DNA of 64,000 nucleotides from the IMG/VR virus record IMGVR_UViG_3300044632_001278, one strand, 5' to 3'. A program made the position numbers and the translations under genes. This document shows, piece by piece, positions 8,351 through 18,132 of this stretch; position 1 is the stretch's first letter, and each line of letters begins with the position of its first letter. Under the pieces are notes generated by a model that did not search any database, had not been told where the DNA came from, and saw only the letters and a program-made list of their open reading frames with translations. Source of the stretch: a virus.

Positions 8351-11233
8351 ATGCCTGTCAATATATTAAATAGATTTGGACCGATTAGTTTTAAAAGTGA
8401 AACCAACAATAGTGAAAATTTATCTATCAATAGTTTATTAAGTAACTTTTATAATCCAGGATCAAGTAATTTTTCTATATCACAGAGTTATTACCAGATG
8501 GAAAATAGAATCGGTAATTCCAATACTGATTCAAGTACGATTAATATCACAAAAGCTTTGGGAGTTGGGTTTATAAACAAAGACAATAGAAGACCAATAA
8601 AATTTAGTGAGTTTTATGGCGCATCTTATATAAGCAGTTCTTTTAAAGTAGCTGCGTCTACAGGAGTAGCAACTGTTAAAATTTATTCACCAAGCGTTAT
8701 ACAAAACAACAACTTTTTAACCAACAACATACAAGATAAAGTTTATCAATATACATTGTATTCTAAATCTGATGTTACTACTCCAATTGTTGATTCTGGA
8801 TGGAATAAAGTTTTTTCTTATGCTAAATCAGGAGATAACATCGAATTGTTTTATAATTTGGTAGATACGAAAGCTTATAAATTGGTATCAAAAGATTGTT
8901 TATCGAATGCATTTACGTCCAGTATGTTTATAGGCACTTGTGCCAGTGCCGTAACGGATAATACAACTTATACATACACAATAACCGCTGCAGATTTACC
9001 TACTGCAAGTTCACTACTGTTTCAAAAAATCAACGGTGATAAAACTGCAAATGGATATACAAACACCAAAATAACTGATTTATCAAACATATTAAATAAC
9101 TTAAATAGTTTGTTACAAAATCCCAATATAACAACATACAAATCGAGTGGACAACTTTTGCCTATTATATCTTACAGAGATAACTTAGGATACAATAGAA
9201 CTTTGACATTTGACGGATTGATTTTGCAAAAATCAAATACACCTGACGGATCACTTGGATATTTTTATACAGGTTTGGTTACAGCAACTAGTTTGGGTGG
9301 AACAAATGTTAATTATGAATATGCATTTGAAAACACATCTACATTTGGTCAAATAACACTTTATATTTTGGGTACACAAGATTCAAATGCATCCTCTTGT
9401 ACGTCTCCACCAGCAACTGTTGGAAATTTTCCAACAAATATATCATTTACAGGTCCGAGATGTGGTTATTTAGATTGTGGTGATGGTTATACTCAACCAG
9501 TATGTAATCCAACTTCTACTACTCAAATAAAACACAGTGGTAGCTTCATAATCACGAATAACAACAATGCGGAAATGTTGGCAACTATTAGTCCCACTTG
9601 GACTAATTTAGATGGAACACCATTAAATGCATTAATTAACACTGTTGATGTTAGTCCATCAGGAATGTTTTCTATTTCTGCTAATAGTACACGTAAAATT
9701 AGCATTGGTTTTGGTTTATCTAATTATCAAAACACACTTCAACCAAAAACTTTTACGGCTAAAGGTTCTGTAAATTTGACTTTACCATTAGGATATTCTC
9801 CGCAATCTCAAAATTGTGAGATTATAGCTAGTTTTGATAAAAATTCATGTAATATAAGTTTGCCTCTGAAACAAGTATGGATCACTCCAAGTTTTTGGCA
9901 AGATATGGGAGTAGATGAATTATCATGCAATTCAAATCCAAATTCCGCTCAGATTGTATCAAATCCATCTTCTACAATTCAAGTGAGACATAGTGGTAGT
10001 TTTATAATAACGAACAATTCGTCTGTTACACCAATTACAATTACGTTTGATAAAAATAATTGGAAAAATCAAAATGGTACCGTTATCGATTCTTTACTTA
10101 CTCCGGTCGAGATGAATCCTGATTCACCTATCATACTACAACCAAACGAAAGTAAAAAAATATCAGTGTCATTTGGAAAAAACAATTATAATAATCCAAG
10201 TCAACCAGTTAGTGTGTATTTAAATTGTCCATTTACCGCAACTACAGATTCAAATTATTATATAAATCCAATTTCTCAAAATACGTTTTATTTTTCATCT
10301 GATAAAAACAGTTGCGTTGTCACCACGCTAAAAACTCCAAATTGGCCACAAGATATTGGTATATCGGGTGGGGCAAATTCTATAAATTGTAATTGTGGTA
10401 CATCTACATCTCCGCAAATATGCGATCCTACACTTTTAACACAAATAAAACATACAGGAAGTTTTGTTATTCTAAATAACAACCCCGATTCAATGACAAT
10501 TACTTTGAATCAAAATTGGACCAATAACGATGGCAGCGTATTAAATTCGTTGTTATCGCCTGTTACAATTGATCCACAATCTCCCATTTCTATTGAACCA
10601 TATAAATATAAAAAAATAAGTATAGGAGTCGGGATTGCAAATTATTCAAATTCAAATCAACCAACAAGCATTGATATAAAAAATGAAGCTGTGGCCACTC
10701 TACCATCAGGATACAGCGAGACATCTAAAAATATAACAATTAGATTTTTATCCGATAAAAATAAATGTAAAAAAGAAGTTGTTACTCCAGTGATACCTCC
10801 AGTGGTTACACCTGTAACAAGTAATCTTGGGTGTATTAGTTATAATCCAAGTATGTTGGAGAGTTGGACACAGATAAAAACCAGAACAGTAGTAACAATT
10901 GCCTACAAAACAGGTACATCTGCAGATAAAACTTTTGCTAAAGCGGTTGTTAATGCTTTGCCAAATTCAGGCTGTACATTACCTTCTACTATAACTCAAG
11001 ACGGATATACTATTAATATTTCGTGGACATTAGATCCAGCCGGAGGTCAAGACTATGCGTGTACCACTGGTGCATCGGGACAATTTTCAGGTACTTATAC
11101 AGTTGTAACAACAAATTCAATATTGGGTAGTGCAAGCTTTTACATATTGTTCTTGAGAAGAAACAATAATATTGTGTCTATCGAAAACTATATTAATTTG
11201 TGTCAAACAGGTGGAGTTTCGTCTGTAGGATAA
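8351..11233 (+). CDS. Putative fibre-tip adhesin with three Cys-containing Ig-like repeats
   Basis: Follows the S74 fibre; IKFSEFYG motif near the N-terminus; three ~150-aa repeats (QIKHSGSFIITNN...KISI...DKNxC). Confidence 0.6.
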   Translation: MPVNILNRFGPISFKSETNNSENLSINSLLSNFYNPGSSNFSISQSYYQMENRIGNSNTDSSTINITKALGVGFINKDNRRPIKFSEFYGASYISSSFKVAASTGVATVKIYSPSVIQNNNFLTNNIQDKVYQYTLYSKSDVTTPIVDSGWNKVFSYAKSGDNIELFYNLVDTKAYKLVSKDCLSNAFTSSMFIGTCASAVTDNTTYTYTITAADLPTASSLLFQKINGDKTANGYTNTKITDLSNILNNLNSLLQNPNITTYKSSGQLLPIISYRDNLGYNRTLTFDGLILQKSNTPDGSLGYFYTGLVTATSLGGTNVNYEYAFENTSTFGQITLYILGTQDSNASSCTSPPATVGNFPTNISFTGPRCGYLDCGDGYTQPVCNPTSTTQIKHSGSFIITNNNNAEMLATISPTWTNLDGTPLNALINTVDVSPSGMFSISANSTRKISIGFGLSNYQNTLQPKTFTAKGSVNLTLPLGYSPQSQNCEIIASFDKNSCNISLPLKQVWITPSFWQDMGVDELSCNSNPNSAQIVSNPSSTIQVRHSGSFIITNNSSVTPITITFDKNNWKNQNGTVIDSLLTPVEMNPDSPIILQPNESKKISVSFGKNNYNNPSQPVSVYLNCPFTATTDSNYYINPISQNTFYFSSDKNSCVVTTLKTPNWPQDIGISGGANSINCNCGTSTSPQICDPTLLTQIKHTGSFVILNNNPDSMTITLNQNWTNNDGSVLNSLLSPVTIDPQSPISIEPYKYKKISIGVGIANYSNSNQPTSIDIKNEAVATLPSGYSETSKNITIRFLSDKNKCKKEVVTPVIPPVVTPVTSNLGCISYNPSMLESWTQIKTRTVVTIAYKTGTSADKTFAKAVVNALPNSGCTLPSTITQDGYTINISWTLDPAGGQDYACTTGASGQFSGTYTVVTTNSILGSASFYILFLRRNNNIVSIENYINLCQTGGVSSVG

Positions 11234-11239
11234 AAAATA

Positions 11240-11269
11240 TTGACATTTTTCAAAATTTGGTTATATATA
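11240..11269 (+). promoter_or_regulatory. Sigma70-type promoter upstream of hsp20
   Basis: TTGACA at 11240 with a TATATA-like -10 at 16-18 nt. Confidence 0.55.
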
Positions 11270-11365
11270 TTGTTGAATGACACGGATGTGTTATTCACTA
11301 TAGTGCTCGAATGAGGCTATTAGGTTAATAAGTTCGATAGAATTATTAAAAAGAAAGGTAAATAT

Positions 11366-11848
11366 ATGTCAGTAGTAAAATATAGTCCGTTTGCATTGCG
11401 ACACATTGATCGTGATGAATTTTTAACACCATTTGACCGCGTATTTGATGAAGTATTTGCGGCTCACTTCCCAGAATTAAACAAAGAATTAGGTGTTGGT
11501 TTTTTTGAAAAACAAAGTTATCCCCGCGTAGATGTTATTGATTATAATGACCGTGTGGAAATTTTAGCTGAAATTCCAGGTTTGTCTAAAGACGAAGTAT
11601 CTGTAGATGTACAAGAAAACGTACTTACTATCAGTGGTCAAAAGATCAAAAACGTGGATGATAAGGAGTCTACAGGAAAATACATTCGTAGAGAACTAAA
11701 GCACAGTAGTTTCAAACGTAGTTTTACTTTAGGAGATCAAATTGATCGAGCGAATCCCACCGCAAAGTTTGAAAATGGATTGTTAAAGGTTACATTATTA
11801 AAGGTGAAACCAACGATTCCTGTCACGAAAAAAGTAAAGATTGATTAA
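11366..11848 (+). CDS. hsp20: Small heat-shock protein (Hsp20/alpha-crystallin family)
   Basis: YPRVDV, AEIPGLSK, LTISG, FKRSFTL, AKFENGLL and C-terminal VKID. Confidence 0.95.
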   Translation: MSVVKYSPFALRHIDRDEFLTPFDRVFDEVFAAHFPELNKELGVGFFEKQSYPRVDVIDYNDRVEILAEIPGLSKDEVSVDVQENVLTISGQKIKNVDDKESTGKYIRRELKHSSFKRSFTLGDQIDRANPTAKFENGLLKVTLLKVKPTIPVTKKVKID

Positions 11849-11868
11849 TATTCAATCAAGGTTATATT

Positions 11869-11898
11869 AACCCCGTTATTAAATTAACGGGGTTTTTT
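11869..11898 (+). terminator. Rho-independent terminator
   Basis: AACCCCGTTA...TAACGGGGTT followed by a T run. Confidence 0.9.
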
Positions 11899-11918
11899 AT
11901 TTTTATATATTTATAGAT

Positions 11919-12974
11919 ATGATAAAATTTCATCATTTGGTAATGGCAACGTCACTTTTAATCGCCGGGTGTGCTGCCTATTTTAGTGTATATGGTATTG
12001 GATTGTTATTTTCAGGAGCAACTATTGCTGCAATGATTATGGCTGGTTCATTGGAACTAGGTAAACTTGTGACAACATCGTGGTTATTCAGATATTGGAA
12101 TAAAGCCAATATATTAATGAGAACCTATATGATAATTGCTGTATTTGCTTTAATGGCAATTACATCTCTAGGTGTATTTGGATTTTTAACAGCTGCGTTT
12201 CAAAAATCTTCATTGGAGACCGAGTTATCTATGAATAAGATTGTCACACTTGAGTCTCAGAAAAAAGAAGAACTTAGTAAGATGGAGTCTACTAAAAAGA
12301 CAATTGAAAAACTTTATAGTTTGAGAAGTAGTCAAGAGGTCAGATTGAACGAAGTACTTACAAATGTATTAATTGCGAGAAATCCAATACAATTACAAAA
12401 TATTCAAAATCAGATTAATGATCAGATTGGGGATTTAAACAAACAATTGGAGGGGGAAAATGAAAAGATTAAAACTTATAGTACCAAAGTAAGTTCTATA
12501 GATGATAACATTTACAAATTAAAAGTGGATAATAGTCAAAAGAAGGATATTACCACATTTAAATTTGTTGCGGATCAATTCAACACTACAATTCAAACAG
12601 TAGTTAAATGGTTCATAGTAGTGCTTATTACAGTATTTGATCCACTTGCAGTTATATTGTTATTGGCATACAATATAAGTAGCAATAAAACCTACGTAGA
12701 GGAAGACAAAAATTACGAACTATATAAGAAACAAGAAAAAAATACGGCTGACTCTAATGATAAAAACATATCCGCTACTCCATCTGTTGTTGAAAAGATA
12801 GTAGAGAAGCCAGTAGAGGTTGAAAAGATAGTGGAAAAAATTGTGGAAAAACCAGTGGAAGTGGAAAAGATAGTGGAAAAAATAATAGAGAAGCCAATAG
12901 AGGTTGAAAAGATAGTAGAGAAGGTTGTTGAACGAAAAGGCAAAACTGGTACGAGAGGTATGTTTAGTTTTTAA
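11919..12974 (+). CDS. Membrane protein: three N-terminal TM helices, coiled coil, fourth TM helix, VEKIVEKP repeats
   Basis: Hydrophobic segments, LELGKLV and VFDPLA motifs, heptad-like middle region. Confidence 0.8.
   Translation: MIKFHHLVMATSLLIAGCAAYFSVYGIGLLFSGATIAAMIMAGSLELGKLVTTSWLFRYWNKANILMRTYMIIAVFALMAITSLGVFGFLTAAFQKSSLETELSMNKIVTLESQKKEELSKMESTKKTIEKLYSLRSSQEVRLNEVLTNVLIARNPIQLQNIQNQINDQIGDLNKQLEGENEKIKTYSTKVSSIDDNIYKLKVDNSQKKDITTFKFVADQFNTTIQTVVKWFIVVLITVFDPLAVILLLAYNISSNKTYVEEDKNYELYKKQEKNTADSNDKNISATPSVVEKIVEKPVEVEKIVEKIVEKPVEVEKIVEKIIEKPIEVEKIVEKVVERKGKTGTRGMFSF
12787..12932 (+). repeat. Degenerate coding repeat of (V)EKIVEKPVEV units
   Basis: Visible in both DNA and protein. 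Confidence 0.85.
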
Positions 12975-13038
12975 CAATTACAATTAAAATAATTTTTTAT
13001 TCGTTTTGTAGATCATCCATATATATGTAGTTATAAGT

Positions 13039-13182
13039 ATGGATGAAACTGAGCTTAAAGAATTGTACAAATTGATCAAAAGATCATACGATGAATCGTG
13101 TTGGAAAACCTTAAATGACGCTTTAGATTACATATCTGAATTCGTTGAAGTAGATGATGAATCTCCTATAGACAATGATTGA
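13039..13182 (+). CDS. Small acidic protein (47 aa, MDETELKELYKLIKRSYDESCW...), not in the ORF track
   Basis: Manual translation; fills the gap and overlaps the next start (ATGATTGA). Confidence 0.65.
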   Translation: MDETELKELYKLIKRSYDESCWKTLNDALDYISEFVEVDDESPIDND

Positions 13183-13456
13183 AATTTTATTATTAATACT
13201 GTTATTGGTATCCGTATCAGCTAATGTGTTTTTATTAATCACATTAAAAAAATCATTTAATCAAATAGATATACTTGAAGACTGGATTATAAACTTTAAA
13301 AATTCTGTAGAAAGTACTTTTAATAAATTGAAAGATGTTGATAACCGTGGTATATTTGAAAAAGATGACGATGTTGGTTTTCTTTTCACGGATTTGAAAC
13401 AAATCATTGAATCTTTGAATAAAAAAGTAAAAGAAGAAGAAACCGACAACGTTTGA
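13175..13456 (+). CDS. Small protein with an N-terminal membrane anchor and coiled coil
   Basis: ILLLILLLVSVSANVFLLI; FEKDDDVG motif. Confidence 0.7.
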   Translation: MIEILLLILLLVSVSANVFLLITLKKSFNQIDILEDWIINFKNSVESTFNKLKDVDNRGIFEKDDDVGFLFTDLKQIIESLNKKVKEEETDNV

Positions 13457-13469
13457 CATTATTACTTGA

Positions 13470-14474
13470 ATGAAAAAAATAAAAAAAAGTAAAGTCATTA
13501 CCAAGAAAGTGACTAAAGTAGTAAATCCTAAAAAACGTAAAGTATCTGCTATGGTAAAAAGTGTTAATAAAAAAATAAAGAAGCCAACAAAAATAACATC
13601 TGTAAAAAAGATAGTTAAAAAACCCAAAAAGGTAAATAAATTAAAATTAGACATTACATATGAATCTAAAAATTTATCTGAGATCAATGTACCCCGCACC
13701 ATAACAAGCAAAGATGTAATAGTAATTAATGAATTGGACGCGATTAATAAAGAAGTTGAAGAACTTACAGAAGTAAGAAAAAAACGTAGAGGTCGTAATA
13801 AAAAAGAAAAAATTTACTTTTCTAAAAAAACCGAAGAAGCTATCATCGAATACAATTCCGAAACCGACAACGTAAAAAGAAATGAAATTTACGAAACTCG
13901 TATAAAATACAGCTTTGATAAATTGGTAGAAAATATTTTTAATACATTTAAATTTACTTATTTTGACAACAGTCCATTAGAGATTCAAAAAGAAACCGTA
14001 GCACACTTGGTTTCAAATATTCACAAATTTGAAGCTGGTAAAGGTAAGGCATTTAGTTATTTTAGTATTGTAGCTAAAAATTACTTGATATTCCATAACA
14101 ATAACAATTATAAAAGATTTAATCAACACGTAGATATTAGTGAAACTCCAGGTGAAGATAGTGTTTGTTTGCAAACAGAAGATGCACATCATAAGACTAT
14201 TCAGACACAAGAGTTTATGAAATTGTTAATTAACTATTGGGAAAGAAATATAACAAAAATATTCACCAAACAAAAAGATCTCAATATAGCATATGCGGTT
14301 ATAGAATTATTTAGAAACAGCGAAAGAATTGAAAATTTCAATAAAAAAACACTATATCTTTACATCAGAGAACTAAGTAATTGTAAAACACAACAAATTA
14401 CTAAAATTATCAATAAAATGAAATCATATCAAAATATAGTTATAAAAAATTACATTGATAACGGAAAAATATAA
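13470..14474 (+). CDS. Late-transcription sigma factor (T4 gp55-like) with a Lys-rich N-terminal extension
   Basis: YF...EAIIEY, KLVENI, and KFEAGKGKAFSYFSIVAKNYL resembling sigma region 2 of gp55 (F.P.K..NPFAYFT). Confidence 0.7.
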   Translation: MKKIKKSKVITKKVTKVVNPKKRKVSAMVKSVNKKIKKPTKITSVKKIVKKPKKVNKLKLDITYESKNLSEINVPRTITSKDVIVINELDAINKEVEELTEVRKKRRGRNKKEKIYFSKKTEEAIIEYNSETDNVKRNEIYETRIKYSFDKLVENIFNTFKFTYFDNSPLEIQKETVAHLVSNIHKFEAGKGKAFSYFSIVAKNYLIFHNNNNYKRFNQHVDISETPGEDSVCLQTEDAHHKTIQTQEFMKLLINYWERNITKIFTKQKDLNIAYAVIELFRNSERIENFNKKTLYLYIRELSNCKTQQITKIINKMKSYQNIVIKNYIDNGKI

Positions 14475-14486
14475 TACAAAACAAAT

Positions 14487-14511
14487 AAACCACTCAAATA
14501 GAGTGGTTTTT
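14487..14511 (+). terminator. Rho-independent terminator
   Basis: AAACCACTC-AAATA-GAGTGGTTT followed by TT. Confidence 0.8.
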
Positions 14512-14525
14512 CTATTTATAGATAT

Positions 14526-14867
14526 ATGGACTTAAATTTTGAAATTTATAAAGGAAAGAATTTTTCTGGTCTTTGTAAAGACATAGTGAAAAATTCAGAG
14601 AGCAAGAAAGATCAAATTGATATTTTAATATCTGAGTTAAGAAGTTTAATTAAAACTGTTAACGACGCTACTATCGTAGTGCCTATGATAAAAGACTATT
14701 ATGATGTAGGCGTTAAAAACGATGAACAATTGGTCAAATTAGCCGCAGTTATACAAAGATTGGTAGCAAAAGGTGAAGCTACTGGCGAAGGCAATTCAAT
14801 GGTATTAAGTGAAGACGAACGTAAACAGTTAATGGATGAAGTTATAACAATTAGTAAAGGCGAATAA
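14526..14867 (+). CDS. Hypothetical helical protein (113 aa)
   Basis: ORF with TATTTATA 5 nt upstream; first gene of the baseplate block. Confidence 0.75.
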   Translation: MDLNFEIYKGKNFSGLCKDIVKNSESKKDQIDILISELRSLIKTVNDATIVVPMIKDYYDVGVKNDEQLVKLAAVIQRLVAKGEATGEGNSMVLSEDERKQLMDEVITISKGE

Positions 14868-14868
14868 T

Positions 14869-16545
14869 ATGGTAGTTACGGATGTATCCAAATCAAATAA
14901 ATCTCCACAGTTAAACGATCAACAAATAAAAGATTTGGTTGATATTCGTTCACCTATACAACTCGCCGTTGTAGTTGATGTGATTTTCAATGAAAATCAC
15001 GTAAAATTGCAGGACGAATATAAACAAAAAATAAATCCACAAACAGTTCCTCTTAACTATAAGAATGAACCAGCCAAAGAAAACGATGTGGATTTTTCGT
15101 ACATAGGACGGGCCAAAGTAAGAATCTTATCACAAGAAAAAAAGTCATCGGTGGAAAAATTGCCTTGGGCTATACCTTTGGATCAAACTATTACGCAATA
15201 TCCATTGGTCAATGAACTTGTATTGGTTCAAAAAGTAGGCAATAACTACTATTACAGCAAACCTTTAAATAAATTCAACTTTCCAACCAATATAGATTAC
15301 ACTGTAGAAACAGTATATAGTGAAAATGGAAAGCCTGCTGTGCCTTTTTACTTTGACGGAAATAGAGCTACTTATACATCAGCTCCAATTTATTCAAAAT
15401 ACAATAACATTGGGTATGTTGGGGAATATTTCATTTCCAATCCATTTATAAGACTGATTAGAAAAAACGAAGGAGATACAGCAATAGAAAGTAGATTTGG
15501 TCAATCAATTCGTTTTAGTGCTTATGATAATAATAGACTTAATGATAAAGGATCATATCCATCCTATACATTAAACAGCAATTTATTAAAAGAATCTAGT
15601 GGTGGTGGATATGGAAATCCAAAGATTACTATTAGAAATAGACAGAGAAATATCTCTTTAGACGAACCACAACAATTACATCCCAAGTTACCACCTATTC
15701 CAAAAATAACTCCATCTGAGAAAAATTTTGGTGGACAAATAGATGAAGATATTAACAATGATGGCAGTACAATACAAATAACAAGTGGAAAAACAGAAAG
15801 CGATTGGAAAACTACAGTTTATAAAAGTATATTTGGCAAAACGTCAAACGGAGAACCAACTGAAGAACAAGTAAGATTCAATCCGAAAAATTCCACTCCA
15901 TTTGTATTACCAACTTTAAATGGCGATCAAATCGTAATAAATACCGATAGATTGGTATTGAGTAGTAGATTTGCAGAAACACTACACTTTAGTAAAAAAC
16001 GTTATGCTGTGACCACTGACAGTGAATACACAGTAGATGCTAATGATAATGTAGTTATAACTACAAATAATACCGCTTGTATAAATGCACCACAAATATT
16101 TTTGGGTCAATATGGCGAAACAAATGAACCAGTATTACTAGGTCAAACAACTGTAGATTGGATGTACGATTTGTGTAATTGGTTATTAGACCACGTACAC
16201 TGGCATCACCACGTACACCCACATCCACATACACATCCTAGATCAGGAGATGCAACGCCTGAAAATACAAAGGATGCTAATCCAGATCAAACGCAAATAC
16301 CAGTACAACAAATCAAGCTTAAACTGTTGAGAGATAATCTACACAAAACACTAAGTAGAAGAGTATTTGTTACAGGTGGCGGATATGCGCCTGGTAGTAA
16401 TGGAGTCAAACCACCTGGAAGTGGTGGTGAATGTAAAGATCCAGTAGAAATTAATACGGTTACAGGAACTGGAGTTGTGGGTGATTTCAAAGGTAGAAAT
16501 CGCCGTGAAGGTCCAGTACAAGTTGAATTTGAATTTGAGGATTAA
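14869..16545 (+). CDS. Baseplate central spike (gp5/VgrG-like)
   Basis: OB-fold-like N-terminus (GRAKVR...WAIP...YPLVNELV), EGDTAIESRFGQSIRF, beta-helix region, EPVLLG and a His-x-His apex. Confidence 0.7.
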   Translation: MVVTDVSKSNKSPQLNDQQIKDLVDIRSPIQLAVVVDVIFNENHVKLQDEYKQKINPQTVPLNYKNEPAKENDVDFSYIGRAKVRILSQEKKSSVEKLPWAIPLDQTITQYPLVNELVLVQKVGNNYYYSKPLNKFNFPTNIDYTVETVYSENGKPAVPFYFDGNRATYTSAPIYSKYNNIGYVGEYFISNPFIRLIRKNEGDTAIESRFGQSIRFSAYDNNRLNDKGSYPSYTLNSNLLKESSGGGYGNPKITIRNRQRNISLDEPQQLHPKLPPIPKITPSEKNFGGQIDEDINNDGSTIQITSGKTESDWKTTVYKSIFGKTSNGEPTEEQVRFNPKNSTPFVLPTLNGDQIVINTDRLVLSSRFAETLHFSKKRYAVTTDSEYTVDANDNVVITTNNTACINAPQIFLGQYGETNEPVLLGQTTVDWMYDLCNWLLDHVHWHHHVHPHPHTHPRSGDATPENTKDANPDQTQIPVQQIKLKLLRDNLHKTLSRRVFVTGGGYAPGSNGVKPPGSGGECKDPVEINTVTGTGVVGDFKGRNRREGPVQVEFEFED

Positions 16546-16547
16546 TT

Positions 16548-18110
16548 ATGAGTGATTATTATATATCCTATGAAGAAACTGTACCTTGGAATGGTAGCAT
16601 TTTTAATGCGAATGAATATAGAAGAGCTATAAACTCATTCTATTCAAAAGTTGATCTCGTAAAACCAAATGCAATAGTGGAAGATGGTGCGACAACCCCA
16701 AGTATTTCTGTAAAAAATTTGTCTCCAGACGCAAATTTTCCTAATGAATGGAATTTTAGTTTAAGTGGGAAATTTTCAACATCGAAACGTGATGAATTAA
16801 CCGGAAATTACTTAGCAAATGTTACTTTAAGTGGAGACGTTAAAGTTCCAAGACAAACATCTAGTGGAAAAACACTGAAATCTATTATAGCATCCGATTT
16901 TAAGACTACACGTGGTATTGGAAAGACTCCAGGTGAAGCTTTCAATAATGCTTTTAAACAACTAAGAGAATCTTTGTTACAAACTTTAGCTGATCAAGTT
17001 GGTATTTCTGGCAAGGGAATTAAAGTGGAACGACAAGATGCATTTACCGATCCAGATCCCGCTTTAGTAGGACCACCTACACAAACAATTAATGGTGTAG
17101 CAAATAAAGCTCCCGTAGTAGATAATCCAAATATAAAACTTCCTACCCAAGAAGTAAAAGGGTTAGATGCAAATGCAGCGCAACAAGCAGCTTCAAAAGC
17201 CCAAGACGTAACAAGCAATGCGACATCTCAAGTACAAAGTGCAGCTGGAGGGTTAACATCACAAGTTCAAGGTGCGGCCGGCCAGGCACAAGGTGCATTA
17301 GAAGGTGCAGCTGGTCAAGTACAGGGAGCAGCTGGTCAAGCTCAAGGTGCATTAGAAGGTGCGACTGGTCAGGCACAAGGTGTAATTGGCGGCGCTCAAG
17401 AATCTGCCGGTGGCGTACTTAGTAATTTATCATCTGGGGTTAAAGGTGCAATTGGAGGAGGTGCTTTAGGAGCCGGTATAGGTGCATTAGCAGGCGGAGG
17501 AAAAGGTGCATTGATTGGAGCTGGTGCCGGATTGGTTGCGGGTGGTATAGCTGGCAAAGTCTTTGACAAACTAAATCCTAAAGGAATAAAACCAGATGGA
17601 CTAGGCAAAGATTGGTCTCCTGATAAATATAGCCCTGAATCTATAGCTGGAAATACTAAATTTGTAAATGCTAAAACAGGCGTGGTTGAATCTACTTCTG
17701 AATTAGCTAAAGGATTAAAAGGTGGATTGTTAGGTGGTGCTCTTGGAGCCGGTGTAGGTGCATTAGCTGGTGGTGGTAAAGGTGCATTAATAGGTGGATT
17801 AAGTGGTACTGCACTTGGTGCTGGATTATCCGTTGGAGGTGTAACAGGAGGAGCTTTAGCCGGTGGTGGATTGGGAGCTGGAATAGGAGGAATAGTTGGA
17901 GGCGGAAAAGGTGCTGTAATTGGAGCAGTTTCTGGAGGAGCTGTTGGTGCAGCTGCAGCTAAATTAGCTAGTGTTCAAAAAGGAATGCCTAAGCCAAATA
18001 TACCAAAACCACCTAGTACGCCACGTATTAAAACGATTAAAATACCAAGACCATCATATCCAAAAGGCGCAACAGATTTATTAAATTTACCTAAATCTCC
18101 TCTGGGTTAA
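16548..18110 (+). CDS. Glycine-zipper repeat protein in the baseplate operon
   Basis: Repeated GGALGAGIGALAGGGKGALIG; 11-mer QGAAGQAQGAL repeats; Pro-rich C-terminus. Confidence 0.7.
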   Translation: MSDYYISYEETVPWNGSIFNANEYRRAINSFYSKVDLVKPNAIVEDGATTPSISVKNLSPDANFPNEWNFSLSGKFSTSKRDELTGNYLANVTLSGDVKVPRQTSSGKTLKSIIASDFKTTRGIGKTPGEAFNNAFKQLRESLLQTLADQVGISGKGIKVERQDAFTDPDPALVGPPTQTINGVANKAPVVDNPNIKLPTQEVKGLDANAAQQAASKAQDVTSNATSQVQSAAGGLTSQVQGAAGQAQGALEGAAGQVQGAAGQAQGALEGATGQAQGVIGGAQESAGGVLSNLSSGVKGAIGGGALGAGIGALAGGGKGALIGAGAGLVAGGIAGKVFDKLNPKGIKPDGLGKDWSPDKYSPESIAGNTKFVNAKTGVVESTSELAKGLKGGLLGGALGAGVGALAGGGKGALIGGLSGTALGAGLSVGGVTGGALAGGGLGAGIGGIVGGGKGAVIGAVSGGAVGAAAAKLASVQKGMPKPNIPKPPSTPRIKTIKIPRPSYPKGATDLLNLPKSPLG

Positions 18111-18132
18111 TAATTATATATATATAAACAAT

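Noticed and set aside
3909-11233. Diversity-generating retroelement or invertible fibre cassette
   Set aside because: No reverse transcriptase, invertase or near-identical template/variable repeat pair seen in the window
11290-11313. CIRCE operator upstream of hsp20
   Set aside because: TAGTGCTC-gaat-GAGGCTA does not match TTAGCACTC-N9-GAGTGCTAA in sequence or spacing
12713-13711. Minus-strand ORFs (STIFST repeats; 152-aa hydrophobic ORF)
   Set aside because: Antisense shadows of the VEKIVEK and Lys-rich coding sequences
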